Assembly (NCBI GenBank): GCA_964430885.1
Contig: CAYSHM010000017.1
Coordinates: forward strand, 1-45,187
DNA length: 45,187 nucleotides
Direction: 5' to 3'
Source: an uncultured archaeon
Lineage (GTDB): Archaea > Thermoplasmatota > Penumbrarchaeia > JASLWR01
This document shows positions 9,754 to 19,659 of the stretch, one piece after another (positions within the stretch are counted from its first letter, which is position 1; every line of letters starts with the position of its first letter). A program made the translations under genes and the position numbers. Below the pieces are notes generated by a model, which saw nothing but the letters and a program-made list of their open reading frames with translations, was not told the DNA's origin and made no database searches.

Positions 9754-12039
9754 ATGAGAAATGAAAAAAGGCTTGAGCTATTGATCATGGGCATTCTCCT
9801 GATTTTTCTCTTCGCCAATATTCCGTCTGTTCCCGTGGAGGGAACCACCCATATACATGTGGTTGTCACCTCTCCGGGAAATGACGGTGAGATAAGCGGA
9901 GAGGTGGATGTAAAGGGGCATGCAGATTCTGAAATGGAGATGATCTCGGTCTTGAAATTCCGGGTTGATGATTATCTCTGGCAGAATATAAGTTTTGAAG
10001 AAAGTAAGAGCGTTCAGTGGAATTTTACCCTGGATACCAGTGCATACCGCAACGGCAAACACAACATCTCCGTCAAGGCAGCGGATGCCCAGGATAGAGA
10101 GACCGTAATCCAAAAGGAATTTAGATTCTTCAACCGCGATGCACCAAACACTTTACCAATGATAACCCTTGATATCAACCCCGACGCCATGAATGTAACT
10201 GACGATCTCAATATGCATATAGTTGTAAAGGACCCGGATAGAAACATGGTAGGGGGCAGATGGAGATTGGGCGGATTCTCTTGGACAGAGTTCATTCTGG
10301 ATTGGGGGGCCACACTTGTGGACCGGAATCTGAGCTGGGACAGCTCCGATATTGCCAACGGGTATTACCAGCTGGTTCTAGAGGCAATTGATGCAGAGGG
10401 TAGTTCAGAGGTATCCATGCAGATATATATCAATAACGGTAACCAAAATATGGGGCCCACTCTTCAGATTACCTCACCTGAAAACAACACCCTTTTGAAG
10501 GAGGAAAGCATTGATATCAATGGTACCACCTCAGATCCTGACGGATATGTCTCATCTCTTCGCTTCATGATAAATGATGGTATTTGGATAGATATTGAGA
10601 TCAATAACGATAACCAGAGCCGCCAGCCCGGGGATGTCCTGTTTTGGGGAAAGACCATTCCCATATCATTTCTGGATACAGGGGACAATCAGCTGGGTTT
10701 CAAAGCAAGGGACAATCTCGGAAAATGGTCAGGCGTCAGATCCATCCATATTAAAAAGGGACATCTTAACAGGGCCGAAGCCAGGGTGATGGATCCGCCG
10801 CACGTTCTCCCTGTTGATACACTCCATACTTTTGACGGCTCACACTCGGATCCAAGTTTCGGATATGATATTGTGGAATTCAAGTGGACCCTCTATAGAT
10901 TCGGTGACGTCGTCTGGAACGTATCAGGTGAGGTAGTGGCCTACTACTTTTCCCAATGGGGTATCTATAATCTGACCCTGGAGGTGCTGGATTCCAATGA
11001 TATCCAGGACAATACCTCCTACATTTTCAGGATCGGGAACATTATCAATCTTTCAGATATCAAGGTCGAAATTGGAAAAGCCGGGTTTGTCAAGATCAAT
11101 TTCTCTCGTTATATCACCGGATTCTATCAGGGTATAGTTAATATCGAATGGGTGCTGGAGCATGGGGGGCCGAATAACAGAACCAATTCAAGTTTATCAA
11201 CCGGTACGGAGGATATGAATAACCTCATTTTTAACTACACCCATACTGGAAGTTTCAATCTTACACTGCTCATAGACACTGATCGGGGCCGCTTCACCCA
11301 AACCAGTGTTGTGATCGTCGAACCGGTAAAGAAATACTTCGATAGGCCTCCCAGGATCAAGATCATTCTGGAGGACGGTCTAGATGGTAAAGGAATAATA
11401 CAGAACAGAACCTTCACCCTCAACGCTTCCGATTCCTTTGATCCGGATGGTTATCCCCTTATTTTTGAATGGCTTCACATATACAAAGAGAACCTTGTTT
11501 CTCTGGATCCAGCCTCCATGGGAAAAGGAAACCATCCAGAAGGAAAATTCATCACACTCTCACTTCACCAGCCTGGTGAACATATCTTCAATCTAACAAT
11601 AACGGATATGAACGGTTCAGTGAATTACTCCGAGATGAGGATCACCATTAAAGAGGATACAACAGATTTCAGCCATTGGGGGGACCCAGTGACCTGGAGT
11701 CAGGAAGTAGAAGATAGGTGGAATGATACCTTCGGCAAATATGCTCTGCCCCCTCTTGGTGATATTGACGGAGATGGAGAGTTCAATTTCAGGGATACCG
11801 ACATGGACGGAGACGGTTTCTGGAACCAGGAAGAATTGGACAGAGGTTCAGATCCCACAGACCCGCTTTCAGTGCCCAGAGATCAAAAGGAAGATCAAAG
11901 CATACTGGTCTATTTACTGGGCGGTTTGATATTGGTCCTTATAATTTTTATAATGATCATCCTTCTGTTTCGAAGCCGCAAGAAGAAGGAATCACTTTAC
12001 TACAGGACCAGATATTCCAAGGATTGGGACTTTTTCTAA
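9754..12039 (+). CDS. Cell-surface protein with Ig-like/PKD domains, a DxDxDG Ca-binding-like motif and a C-terminal membrane anchor
   Basis: N-terminal signal peptide; ITSP...G...D Ig-like repeats; PKD-like FDGSHSDP and LNASDSFDPDG; many N-x-S/T sequons; DIDGDG/DMDGDG; TM helix followed by RSRKKK. Confidence 0.8.
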   Translation: MRNEKRLELLIMGILLIFLFANIPSVPVEGTTHIHVVVTSPGNDGEISGEVDVKGHADSEMEMISVLKFRVDDYLWQNISFEESKSVQWNFTLDTSAYRNGKHNISVKAADAQDRETVIQKEFRFFNRDAPNTLPMITLDINPDAMNVTDDLNMHIVVKDPDRNMVGGRWRLGGFSWTEFILDWGATLVDRNLSWDSSDIANGYYQLVLEAIDAEGSSEVSMQIYINNGNQNMGPTLQITSPENNTLLKEESIDINGTTSDPDGYVSSLRFMINDGIWIDIEINNDNQSRQPGDVLFWGKTIPISFLDTGDNQLGFKARDNLGKWSGVRSIHIKKGHLNRAEARVMDPPHVLPVDTLHTFDGSHSDPSFGYDIVEFKWTLYRFGDVVWNVSGEVVAYYFSQWGIYNLTLEVLDSNDIQDNTSYIFRIGNIINLSDIKVEIGKAGFVKINFSRYITGFYQGIVNIEWVLEHGGPNNRTNSSLSTGTEDMNNLIFNYTHTGSFNLTLLIDTDRGRFTQTSVVIVEPVKKYFDRPPRIKIILEDGLDGKGIIQNRTFTLNASDSFDPDGYPLIFEWLHIYKENLVSLDPASMGKGNHPEGKFITLSLHQPGEHIFNLTITDMNGSVNYSEMRITIKEDTTDFSHWGDPVTWSQEVEDRWNDTFGKYALPPLGDIDGDGEFNFRDTDMDGDGFWNQEELDRGSDPTDPLSVPRDQKEDQSILVYLLGGLILVLIIFIMIILLFRSRKKKESLYYRTRYSKDWDFF

Positions 12040-12135
12040 GCTGTTCTAGAATTTACACCCGTTAAACCTAAACCTGATACTATTATCACTGCACAGCAAG
12101 AAGAAGATATTAACGTAGGCATACTGTTCATAGGT

Positions 12136-12996
12136 TTACATGAAATGATGAGGACAATCGGGGTTCAGCTCGAGCTCCAGCTCATCGCTCATATTGTTTA
12201 TCCCGTGATAGTAGAACATGTTGCTTATACATTTCTCTGAATTCCCGGATATGATCTTGATTGCCTCCTTCACCTGGACCGCCGATACTATGGATGTTGT
12301 TGTGATCTCTGCCGGCATCTTGTCCTCAAAAAAAGTAACATCTGTTCCGGTGCATGAGAATCTCTTGCGCAGTACCTTGAAATGGGTCTTGTTCATGGTG
12401 CATTCCAAACAGGGGGTCTTTGGGGGCAGAACAACCTGGACCTTGCCTATAAATCCGTTTGTGGCTGCGTCTATATAGGGAACCTTGGAATAATAGCTGT
12501 GGGCATTGACATGCAGTCTTGCATCGATATTATCAAGGCAGCCGAACACCATATTGAACTGGGGTATGAAATCCTCCCCTAGATCCTGGATCATGCCGTT
12601 GTAGGTTGTTACGTTTATGCTAGGATCGAGGTCCAAAGCACCTCTCTCCACCACGTCAGTTTTGAGAGATTTCGTATTGGCATCAATATCCCTGAAGAAA
12701 ATACAGCGGTTAAGATTCGACCGGACAATATAATCCATATCCACAAGATGCAGTTCCCGAAAACCTGAAAGTACAAGATTCTTTACTGTTTCATTACCAA
12801 TCGCGCCCAGACCTACCACTAGAACCTTTGATTTCTGTATTGCATCGATGTCAATGTTCTTTATTCTTTTGGACCTCTCGAACTTGTCGTCGTTGAGGGA
12901 TCCTATCTTCAGTAGTGCTGAACCTTTATTTGCATCCACCTTGGCAACCGTTTCGGTCTTTCCCTTATCTTCTGCACCAACTATATTAATGGACAT
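12136..12996 (-). CDS. ThiF/MoeB/E1-like adenylyltransferase (ubiquitin-like activating enzyme family)
   Basis: VVGLGAIGNE, DMDYIVRSNLNR, GCLDNIDAR, PCLEC, candidate catalytic Cys in FSCTG, terminal CPHH. GGTGA SD at 13001-13005. Confidence 0.9.
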   Translation of the reverse strand: MSINIVGAEDKGKTETVAKVDANKGSALLKIGSLNDDKFERSKRIKNIDIDAIQKSKVLVVGLGAIGNETVKNLVLSGFRELHLVDMDYIVRSNLNRCIFFRDIDANTKSLKTDVVERGALDLDPSINVTTYNGMIQDLGEDFIPQFNMVFGCLDNIDARLHVNAHSYYSKVPYIDAATNGFIGKVQVVLPPKTPCLECTMNKTHFKVLRKRFSCTGTDVTFFEDKMPAEITTTSIVSAVQVKEAIKIISGNSEKCISNMFYYHGINNMSDELELELNPDCPHHFM

Positions 12997-13023
12997 ATCA
13001 TCACCCTTATGGATTTTTTCAAA

Positions 13024-13557
13024 TCATTGAGTTCCTTTCCTTAAATATTTAACTTTATCTTTTAACCAAAATACCATATGAAAGATATTCGATACTGATA
13101 GGGACAGTAGTATTATCCCCACGCCTATGTACACCCATGCATCCACATTCTCCTCAAGATGAAAGGACGACCCTGCTACAATAGTAATATAAGACACACC
13201 TCCGATTATGGAAAAAAGTCTATGGGATCGGTCGTGGGAAAAAATTGCAGTCATGCCTATTATGGATATTACCGCCAGGATCACTGCCGAAATCATCAGC
13301 GGGTTGGAGATCACCTGGAACCAGTTATCCACCGAGGTAAGGTTAAAGGTTTCATTGGGGAGACGGGGTTTGGTTTCATCCATCCCCTGCTTTAACAGGA
13401 GGATTATAGTGCCGTCTATAAAACCGAACAATATACAGAAAAGCCTTGCAAGCCATGGGCTTTTGTCAGGAGTTGTGAGTATCTTCTTCCGGGTATTTTT
13501 TATCCTGTTCTTTACCCTATCGACCCCCCTCCTTTCCCTGGCCTCTTTTTTACTCAT
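13024..13557 (-). CDS. Hypothetical membrane protein (4 TM, basic N-terminus)
   Basis: Four hydrophobic segments; ATGA 4-nt overlap with the upstream gene. Confidence 0.7.
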   Translation of the reverse strand: MSKKEARERRGVDRVKNRIKNTRKKILTTPDKSPWLARLFCILFGFIDGTIILLLKQGMDETKPRLPNETFNLTSVDNWFQVISNPLMISAVILAVISIIGMTAIFSHDRSHRLFSIIGGVSYITIVAGSSFHLEENVDAWVYIGVGIILLSLSVSNIFHMVFWLKDKVKYLRKGTQ

Positions 13558-13946
13558 ATCACACCCACCCCGTGAATGACAATTAATAAAACACCCATGG
13601 AAACGCCGAATATCGATATCAGGTCTGATTTTGCTATTGGCTCGTTATTGATCAATCTGGATGACAAGGCCTGAGAAGGATAGACAAATGCCAGCACCGG
13701 GCCTATAACCGATACCTTTGCCTCGGACAATGCCACAATGAAGACCGCTCCGGAAAATATCTTTAAAAGGGTTCCAGCGTATAGATAGGGACTCTTGAGA
13801 AGCTTCAGCAGCCTGTCCTTAGTGAGGTTGGATAAAATGATAGGGCCTGTTGTCCGGGTGATACGCTTGAATAATGTAGGGGACAGCCCCCAGCTTATGG
13901 AGGCGATTATTGCCATAATTACCGCTGCTGCTGTGGAGATCTGCAT
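13554..13946 (-). CDS. EamA/DMT-like small membrane transporter (half-size)
   Basis: 130 aa with 4 TM; SWG....F.+ at the N-terminus; AL..AKVSVIGP...YP and NEPI pattern typical of EamA repeats. Confidence 0.6.
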   Translation of the reverse strand: MQISTAAAVIMAIIASISWGLSPTLFKRITRTTGPIILSNLTKDRLLKLLKSPYLYAGTLLKIFSGAVFIVALSEAKVSVIGPVLAFVYPSQALSSRLINNEPIAKSDLISIFGVSMGVLLIVIHGVGVI

Positions 13947-14050
13947 CTTAATTCATTCCGTATTGGTTGTATGTCTAATGGTGCAGGCAATGTGCCGTTG
14001 AGATGTATAGCAGAATGGTTCCGAAAATACTTTTAACATTCAGGAGTAAT

Positions 14051-15502
14051 TCATTCAAATTCCACACCGCAGCTTGGGCAGGCGGGGCTATCCTCCCTCA
14101 TCTTGGCACCGCACACCGCGCATATGGAATAACTGCTTTCAGACTCCCTTTGATCCCAGGATCCCTGATATTTCCGTTCCCTATCAGACCTTTCCTTACG
14201 TTGGACCTTTTCGGGATCTGTTATACGCTGTTTCCTGTATTTCTTTTTAATAACTGTCCTTTTTACTGATTCATCTCCGGATGACCCCCTAGATTTCCCG
14301 GGTCTGTTATCGATCCCTTTTCTTCCGAAATCCCGGCCTGAAGGCGGGGGGTTGAACTGCTCGCCGCATCTGGGGCAGAAATTGTAATCGCTTAATTTGG
14401 CTTCACTGCATTTCGGACATCGGTCTAAGACCGGCATCCTTTCGTCATAACCACTCTGGCTGGGTCTGTAGGGATCACCGGGAATGCTTTTCTGGGGATA
14501 ATTCAGCGTTCCCTTCTTTTTTCTCTTCCTCCGCTGGTAGGCTACAATAATATTGTTAATTATTGACAGTAGGAACAGGATCACGAGCACCAGGAAGGGA
14601 ATGAAGCAGCATTGGTCCTCATACCAGGCCTCATCGTCTGATTTGTCCCTTTTATCCTCGTTGGTCCCAGAAATGAAAAAATTGAAAACGCCTTCCTGGG
14701 TCCCGTAATAGGTAGTATTGTCAATGTGCACAGCGGGATAAAATGAATGAAAACCTGGGCTGAAATATGTATCTATTTTGGATGTATTCACGTAGAAATA
14801 TACCCCTTTCCGATAGCTCCCTCCCAATTTTTCATTTTTCATAAGATAATGAGTGGTGTTGTCAATCACGGCCCAAACATAGTCAGGTTCCAATCCTATT
14901 GGGTCCTCAAAGCGCATCTTGAAATATAGGATCGAATTGGTAGTTCCGCTGTAAGGGTCCACCCTGAAGGTCACCACTGGCAGAGTTATGTTGAAACTGC
15001 CCTTGACCTCACAGGTACCGTTAAGAATTGAAATATTGAACGCGAACGAATAACTGCCCGGCCCCAAAGCTGCAGGACCCTTTAGCCAATAGTAATAGGT
15101 GCCGTTCTCATTCTCATCAGCATGGAGCTCATCATTGAAAATGATATCTCCAAGAAGGCTGTTTGTAAGGGTGAATATATTGGCTGCAGGGTAGGTAGAA
15201 TTAGCAGATGTATTCCCTGACTGCCAGAACCTAAATATATGAGGATAGAAATAACTGCAGTTATCTGGGATATCGTGCTCTAGGGATAGGGTAGATGATG
15301 AGTTCACTCTAGTGCAGATGCCATGACCCATTTCCCTATGAATCCAGGTATTGGCTTGAACATGAGCACATGATGAGATATGAACACTGAAAACCGGAAA
15401 GATAGAAAATAGGACCATCAGTACCGGTAGCAATGAAGCTGAAGCGGCATGCCCGGCAGCAGATCTTTTGTTTCCCGGTGTGCTCTTATCATTATTGACC
15501 AT
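14051..15502 (-). CDS. Single-pass membrane protein with an extracellular beta-rich domain and two cytoplasmic Zn ribbons
   Basis: Signal peptide; many sequons; TM followed by RRKRKKK; CPKC-x8-FCPRCG and CAVCG-x8-CPSCG. GAGGAG SD at 15508-15513. Confidence 0.8.
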   Translation of the reverse strand: MVNNDKSTPGNKRSAAGHAASASLLPVLMVLFSIFPVFSVHISSCAHVQANTWIHREMGHGICTRVNSSSTLSLEHDIPDNCSYFYPHIFRFWQSGNTSANSTYPAANIFTLTNSLLGDIIFNDELHADENENGTYYYWLKGPAALGPGSYSFAFNISILNGTCEVKGSFNITLPVVTFRVDPYSGTTNSILYFKMRFEDPIGLEPDYVWAVIDNTTHYLMKNEKLGGSYRKGVYFYVNTSKIDTYFSPGFHSFYPAVHIDNTTYYGTQEGVFNFFISGTNEDKRDKSDDEAWYEDQCCFIPFLVLVILFLLSIINNIIVAYQRRKRKKKGTLNYPQKSIPGDPYRPSQSGYDERMPVLDRCPKCSEAKLSDYNFCPRCGEQFNPPPSGRDFGRKGIDNRPGKSRGSSGDESVKRTVIKKKYRKQRITDPEKVQRKERSDRERKYQGSWDQRESESSYSICAVCGAKMREDSPACPSCGVEFE

Positions 15503-15698
15503 TGGATCTCCTCATTATGTCCGTGGGAACCCGGATATATTGTTCCAACACATATTTTATTTTTGGGTGCAATGATATATCAGTTTATTTTATGACACCG
15601 CTATTTGATTATCATGTTACATGATTATTTTTTGCGATGTATGACTCGATAATAATAATATTCCCCGGGCTTATTACCCAATATCTAAAATTAAAAAT

Positions 15699-16217
15699 AT
15701 GATCAACATGGCAATAGATATATTGGAACCATGCACCCTAAAGCCAGGCCTATTGCGCCAATTCTCTCATACCGCTGATGTGGGAATAATAGCCAATAAT
15801 AATAAGCTGGCAAGCCTATTTGACCACTGTCTAACAGGGATGCTCCATATCATAACCGACAGGAATGAAACCGAGTTCTGCAGGCTGATCAATTCCAGAT
15901 CGGTCAGAGAAAGAGAAAACAATCACCTGGAGGTAGTGATAGATGGAATGGATCTTGAAAGTCTTCTGGTGAACTATCTCACCGAGGTACTCTACCTTTT
16001 TGAGGCCGAAAACCTCTTGGTCCTGAACTCGGAGATATTGAGCAGGGAGGATGAACTAATAAATAATAAAAGACTTGCCTCCCGATTCTGGACAATGGAA
16101 TATGATCCGCATATCTTCGGTCACCCCACAGAGATAAAGGCAGTCACTTACCACATGATCACTGTAAAAAAATGCGGTGATGACAGTTGGGGAGCTAGAT
16201 TGATATTCGACCTTTGA
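15699..16217 (+). CDS. Archease (RtcB cofactor family); start uncertain
   Basis: HTADVG, LESLLVNYLTEVLYL, EIKAVTYH and terminal IFDL. Confidence 0.93.
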   Translation: MINMAIDILEPCTLKPGLLRQFSHTADVGIIANNNKLASLFDHCLTGMLHIITDRNETEFCRLINSRSVRERENNHLEVVIDGMDLESLLVNYLTEVLYLFEAENLLVLNSEILSREDELINNKRLASRFWTMEYDPHIFGHPTEIKAVTYHMITVKKCGDDSWGARLIFDL

Positions 16218-16435
16218 AAATTCATGGTTTGAAAGATAGAAATAAATGGCAATCTAGCTTATAGATGGTCTTAAAAATAATATGATATATTTTTTATCAT
16301 TTGAATAGGGTAATTATAATAACAAAAACCTTCATAATATATTATTATATCTTTACACTGAATCATTCGCAATCCGATTCATTTAATAGAAGATCTGCTA
16401 TGATGTGTTTAAAAAGAACCTCCAAGGTTGAACCG

Positions 16436-19400
16436 ATGTCGGAAAAGGATAAAAAAACGGCCGCCCGCAGTTCCGCTTCCAAAAGAACAGTCAGGAAGCG
16501 TGTAGTTAAAAAGAAAAGGACTGTTGATACTGATAAAAAATATATTGAAGAAAACCAGAGGATAACCGCAGAGAAGGAAAAAAAGAGCGAGGATGGGGTT
16601 TCAGATGAAGAATTGGAAGTAGGGGGCAAGGAAGAGGAAATTGATCCGAATAGTGCAGAGGACGAGACCACCGCAGAAGAGATGGAAAGGTGGAAGCGTA
16701 TTGAGGAGATGGCAGGTATCAAACTAAGTGATGTCCAGGTCCCGGAAGAGGAGCCAACTGATACCAAAGAAGGAATGGAGACTCAAGGATCTTCTAAAAA
16801 GAAACTAAGCTCTTCAAAGGGTCTTGTGCTTCCTCAGATAGATATCGGCCATATTCACAGAGAGAGAGGGCAGAAGGGTACAGGCAGGAAATACAATGTT
16901 TACATAGTCACCATAATAGTAGCCATCATCGTAGGTCTGTCCATATTCTCATACATCAGATATTCGGTCCCGCCCACCTCTTATGATACAGATGACGACG
17001 GTATGCCTGACAAATGGGAAAACCTCTACGGATTGGATGTCAGGGATTCCAAGGATAGAAATAAAGATATGGACGGAGACGGTCTGAGCAATATTGACGA
17101 GTATAAGGAGGATACCCTACCGGATAATCCTGATACCGACGGAGATAAGATACCGGACGGTTGGGAAGCACTCCATAACATGAACCCGAAGATTTCCTCC
17201 GATTGGATTCTGGACCTGGATTCAGACGGTGTGGAATACACGGTCAATAATATTACCCTCCAGATAAACTTCACCGCCAGAGATGAGTATATCGCTGGAA
17301 CTGATCCCAACGATCCAGATTCCGATGACGACATCATGTTGGACGGATGGGAGAATTATTTCAAACTGGATCCTCGGGATGGGTCAGATTCCGGCGAGGA
17401 TAACGACGGAGACAGCCTCACCAATATAGAGGAGTACGAAATGGGCACCAATCCCTCTTCAAAGGATACTGATTCTGATGAGCTGGACGATCTGGTGGAA
17501 ATTGTGACTTGGAAAACCGACCCTTTAAATTCAGATACAGACGGAGATCTTATCTTTGACGGATGGGAAGTAAAGAACAAAATGGATCCTCTTGACAGAA
17601 AGGATGCAAATCTCGACCCTGACAATGACAACCTCACAAGCTGGAGAGAGTTCCTCCATGGAACTGACCCCAACAATCCTGATAGCGACGGGGATGGAAT
17701 GCCTGACGGATGGGAAATAGATTGGGGAAGGAACTCCACCACAGGTGTCCTAGAGGTAGACCCCTCCAAGAACGATGGGAATCTGGATGCGGACAATGAT
17801 CTTCTGCCAAATGTCTGGGAGTTCAATAAGGGCACGGATCCCCTTAACCCCGACAGCGATAATGACGGTCTTTCAGACGGTGCTGAATGTTTTGTGGGCC
17901 ACCGTGGAAAGCTTCTGGGAGGGATATATTTTACCGAAGATCCGGATTGGATATATTTCACCGATCCCTTGGACCAGGACACCGATGGGGACGGGCTGTC
18001 TGATCATTTTGAGATCAACAATGGGATCAATGCGTCCAATGAAGATACTGATAATGACGAATTGGAGGATTTCGAAGAGATCAATACCATTCATACCTTT
18101 CCTTTCAGGGAAGACAGCGATAGTGACGGACTGAATGACCGTGAAGAGGTCAGAGGGACTTACGGTTATCTGACCAATCCTCTTCTAAATGATACCGATG
18201 AGGACGGACTTCATGACGGGGTGGAGGTACTGAACGACCATTTACCCTTCAGGGGTTCAACGGGACCTTTCGGCGTTCATTCCACAAATCCAACCATCAA
18301 GGATACCGACGGGGATAGTATTTTTGACGGATGGGAAACTGATAACGGTGCTACAAGAAAGATCACCTTAATTGAACGCTTCAACGGTGATGTGGGATTG
18401 GACACCTGGTTTGAGAGGGAATATGTCAATCTGAAATACAATTGGAACGGAACGGATTGGAAAGAGTTCCTGGATAAAGACGGTGACGGCCTTGTTGATC
18501 AGGATCTTCCCGCTGTCAACATAATAAATCCTCTGCTCTCTGAGGATAAACTGCTGGATCCCGACGGGGACGATCTCCCCAACTACATGGAGTTCTCATC
18601 ATATTCCGACAAAACAGGACTGCCATTTTCCACTGACCCTTTACTTGTGGACACCGATTCCGACGGAATGCCTGACGGATGGGAGCTGACCTATATTACC
18701 TATCTGGACGATCTGAAGGTTTGGATGCCGGATCCGCTTAAATGGGACGCACAGGAAGACCCCGACAGGGACGGCCATAATTACGAGATAGATGGATTGG
18801 AATATTATCATCCATTCGTGAATATTGAGGAATATTGGTGGTCGAATTTCTATCCCGATCATTGTGATCCCGTGGATCCAGATGTTGATTCAAACAGCGT
18901 GACCGACGGATCCGAGATATGGCAGCATTCCTATGACGGTAACATAGCTGAGGGCGATGGGCTGCCCAATGGTTGGGAATGTCTTTTCAGCGGATACAAC
19001 ATATACATTTACGGACCCAACGATTATATTCCCGAGAATATCATGACAGCCCTGTTCAATCCTTTTGAGGGTGACAGCGACAATGACGGGATTATGGACG
19101 GCAATGCTGACCCCGATGAGGACGATCACATCAACCTTGAGGAATTCCTTAGAAAGACAGATCCAACGGATCCGAACAGTGTTCCGAGCAGAACTAGACA
19201 TGGAAGGGATAGACATGCGGTAGAGCTAAGCCTTTCGCTCTCGAACCCAGGTGATGCGTCACTCAGGGGAACGGTTCAAAAGCCTTCGGAAACCGCTTCG
19301 GAACCTTTTACAGTGAGCGACCCCTACAGTAAGACTGCAGGCCGCAATGACCACACTCCAGTTTATTCCTTGATCATGCTTGTAATATTCGTCATTTTCA

Positions 19401-19456
19401 CTATAGAACTGGCAGTTCAGGAATTGCTTAGATCCTCTGCCTCTGGGAATCCGTGA
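16436..19456 (+). CDS. Membrane-anchored protein with many thrombospondin type-3-like (DxDxDGxxDxxE) Ca-binding repeats
   Basis: More than 20 D-x-D-x-D-G-x-x-D-x-x-E...DP repeats; charged N-terminus then a TM; second hydrophobic helix near the C-terminus. ATG 16436 is preferred over TTG 16301 because the upstream part is AT-rich and AGGTTGA precedes 16436. Confidence 0.85.
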   Translation: MSEKDKKTAARSSASKRTVRKRVVKKKRTVDTDKKYIEENQRITAEKEKKSEDGVSDEELEVGGKEEEIDPNSAEDETTAEEMERWKRIEEMAGIKLSDVQVPEEEPTDTKEGMETQGSSKKKLSSSKGLVLPQIDIGHIHRERGQKGTGRKYNVYIVTIIVAIIVGLSIFSYIRYSVPPTSYDTDDDGMPDKWENLYGLDVRDSKDRNKDMDGDGLSNIDEYKEDTLPDNPDTDGDKIPDGWEALHNMNPKISSDWILDLDSDGVEYTVNNITLQINFTARDEYIAGTDPNDPDSDDDIMLDGWENYFKLDPRDGSDSGEDNDGDSLTNIEEYEMGTNPSSKDTDSDELDDLVEIVTWKTDPLNSDTDGDLIFDGWEVKNKMDPLDRKDANLDPDNDNLTSWREFLHGTDPNNPDSDGDGMPDGWEIDWGRNSTTGVLEVDPSKNDGNLDADNDLLPNVWEFNKGTDPLNPDSDNDGLSDGAECFVGHRGKLLGGIYFTEDPDWIYFTDPLDQDTDGDGLSDHFEINNGINASNEDTDNDELEDFEEINTIHTFPFREDSDSDGLNDREEVRGTYGYLTNPLLNDTDEDGLHDGVEVLNDHLPFRGSTGPFGVHSTNPTIKDTDGDSIFDGWETDNGATRKITLIERFNGDVGLDTWFEREYVNLKYNWNGTDWKEFLDKDGDGLVDQDLPAVNIINPLLSEDKLLDPDGDDLPNYMEFSSYSDKTGLPFSTDPLLVDTDSDGMPDGWELTYITYLDDLKVWMPDPLKWDAQEDPDRDGHNYEIDGLEYYHPFVNIEEYWWSNFYPDHCDPVDPDVDSNSVTDGSEIWQHSYDGNIAEGDGLPNGWECLFSGYNIYIYGPNDYIPENIMTALFNPFEGDSDNDGIMDGNADPDEDDHINLEEFLRKTDPTDPNSVPSRTRHGRDRHAVELSLSLSNPGDASLRGTVQKPSETASEPFTVSDPYSKTAGRNDHTPVYSLIMLVIFVIFTIELAVQELLRSSASGNP

Positions 19457-19659
19457 TTTTTTTGCTATCATATAATTAATATTGGACCTATACTCCTCTT
19501 CAATTCATTTGACTATTTTCTTATAATGTTATCAATCCATCAATGATATTTTTAACGATACTATAATGGAAGATTTTATAAAACCTTCTGATAATAACCC
19601 ATCAGCCTTTTTGAACGTAAATCAGAGTACGGCGAATAATATGAATTGGTGGAATATCA

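Noticed and set aside
15699-16217. Archease without an adjacent rtcB
   Set aside because: Archease and rtcB are frequently unlinked in archaea.
16980-19180. Periodic GACGG(A/T)TGGGA repeats as a possible CRISPR array
   Set aside because: They are degenerate, irregularly spaced and in frame, encoding the DGWE protein repeats; no cas genes are present.
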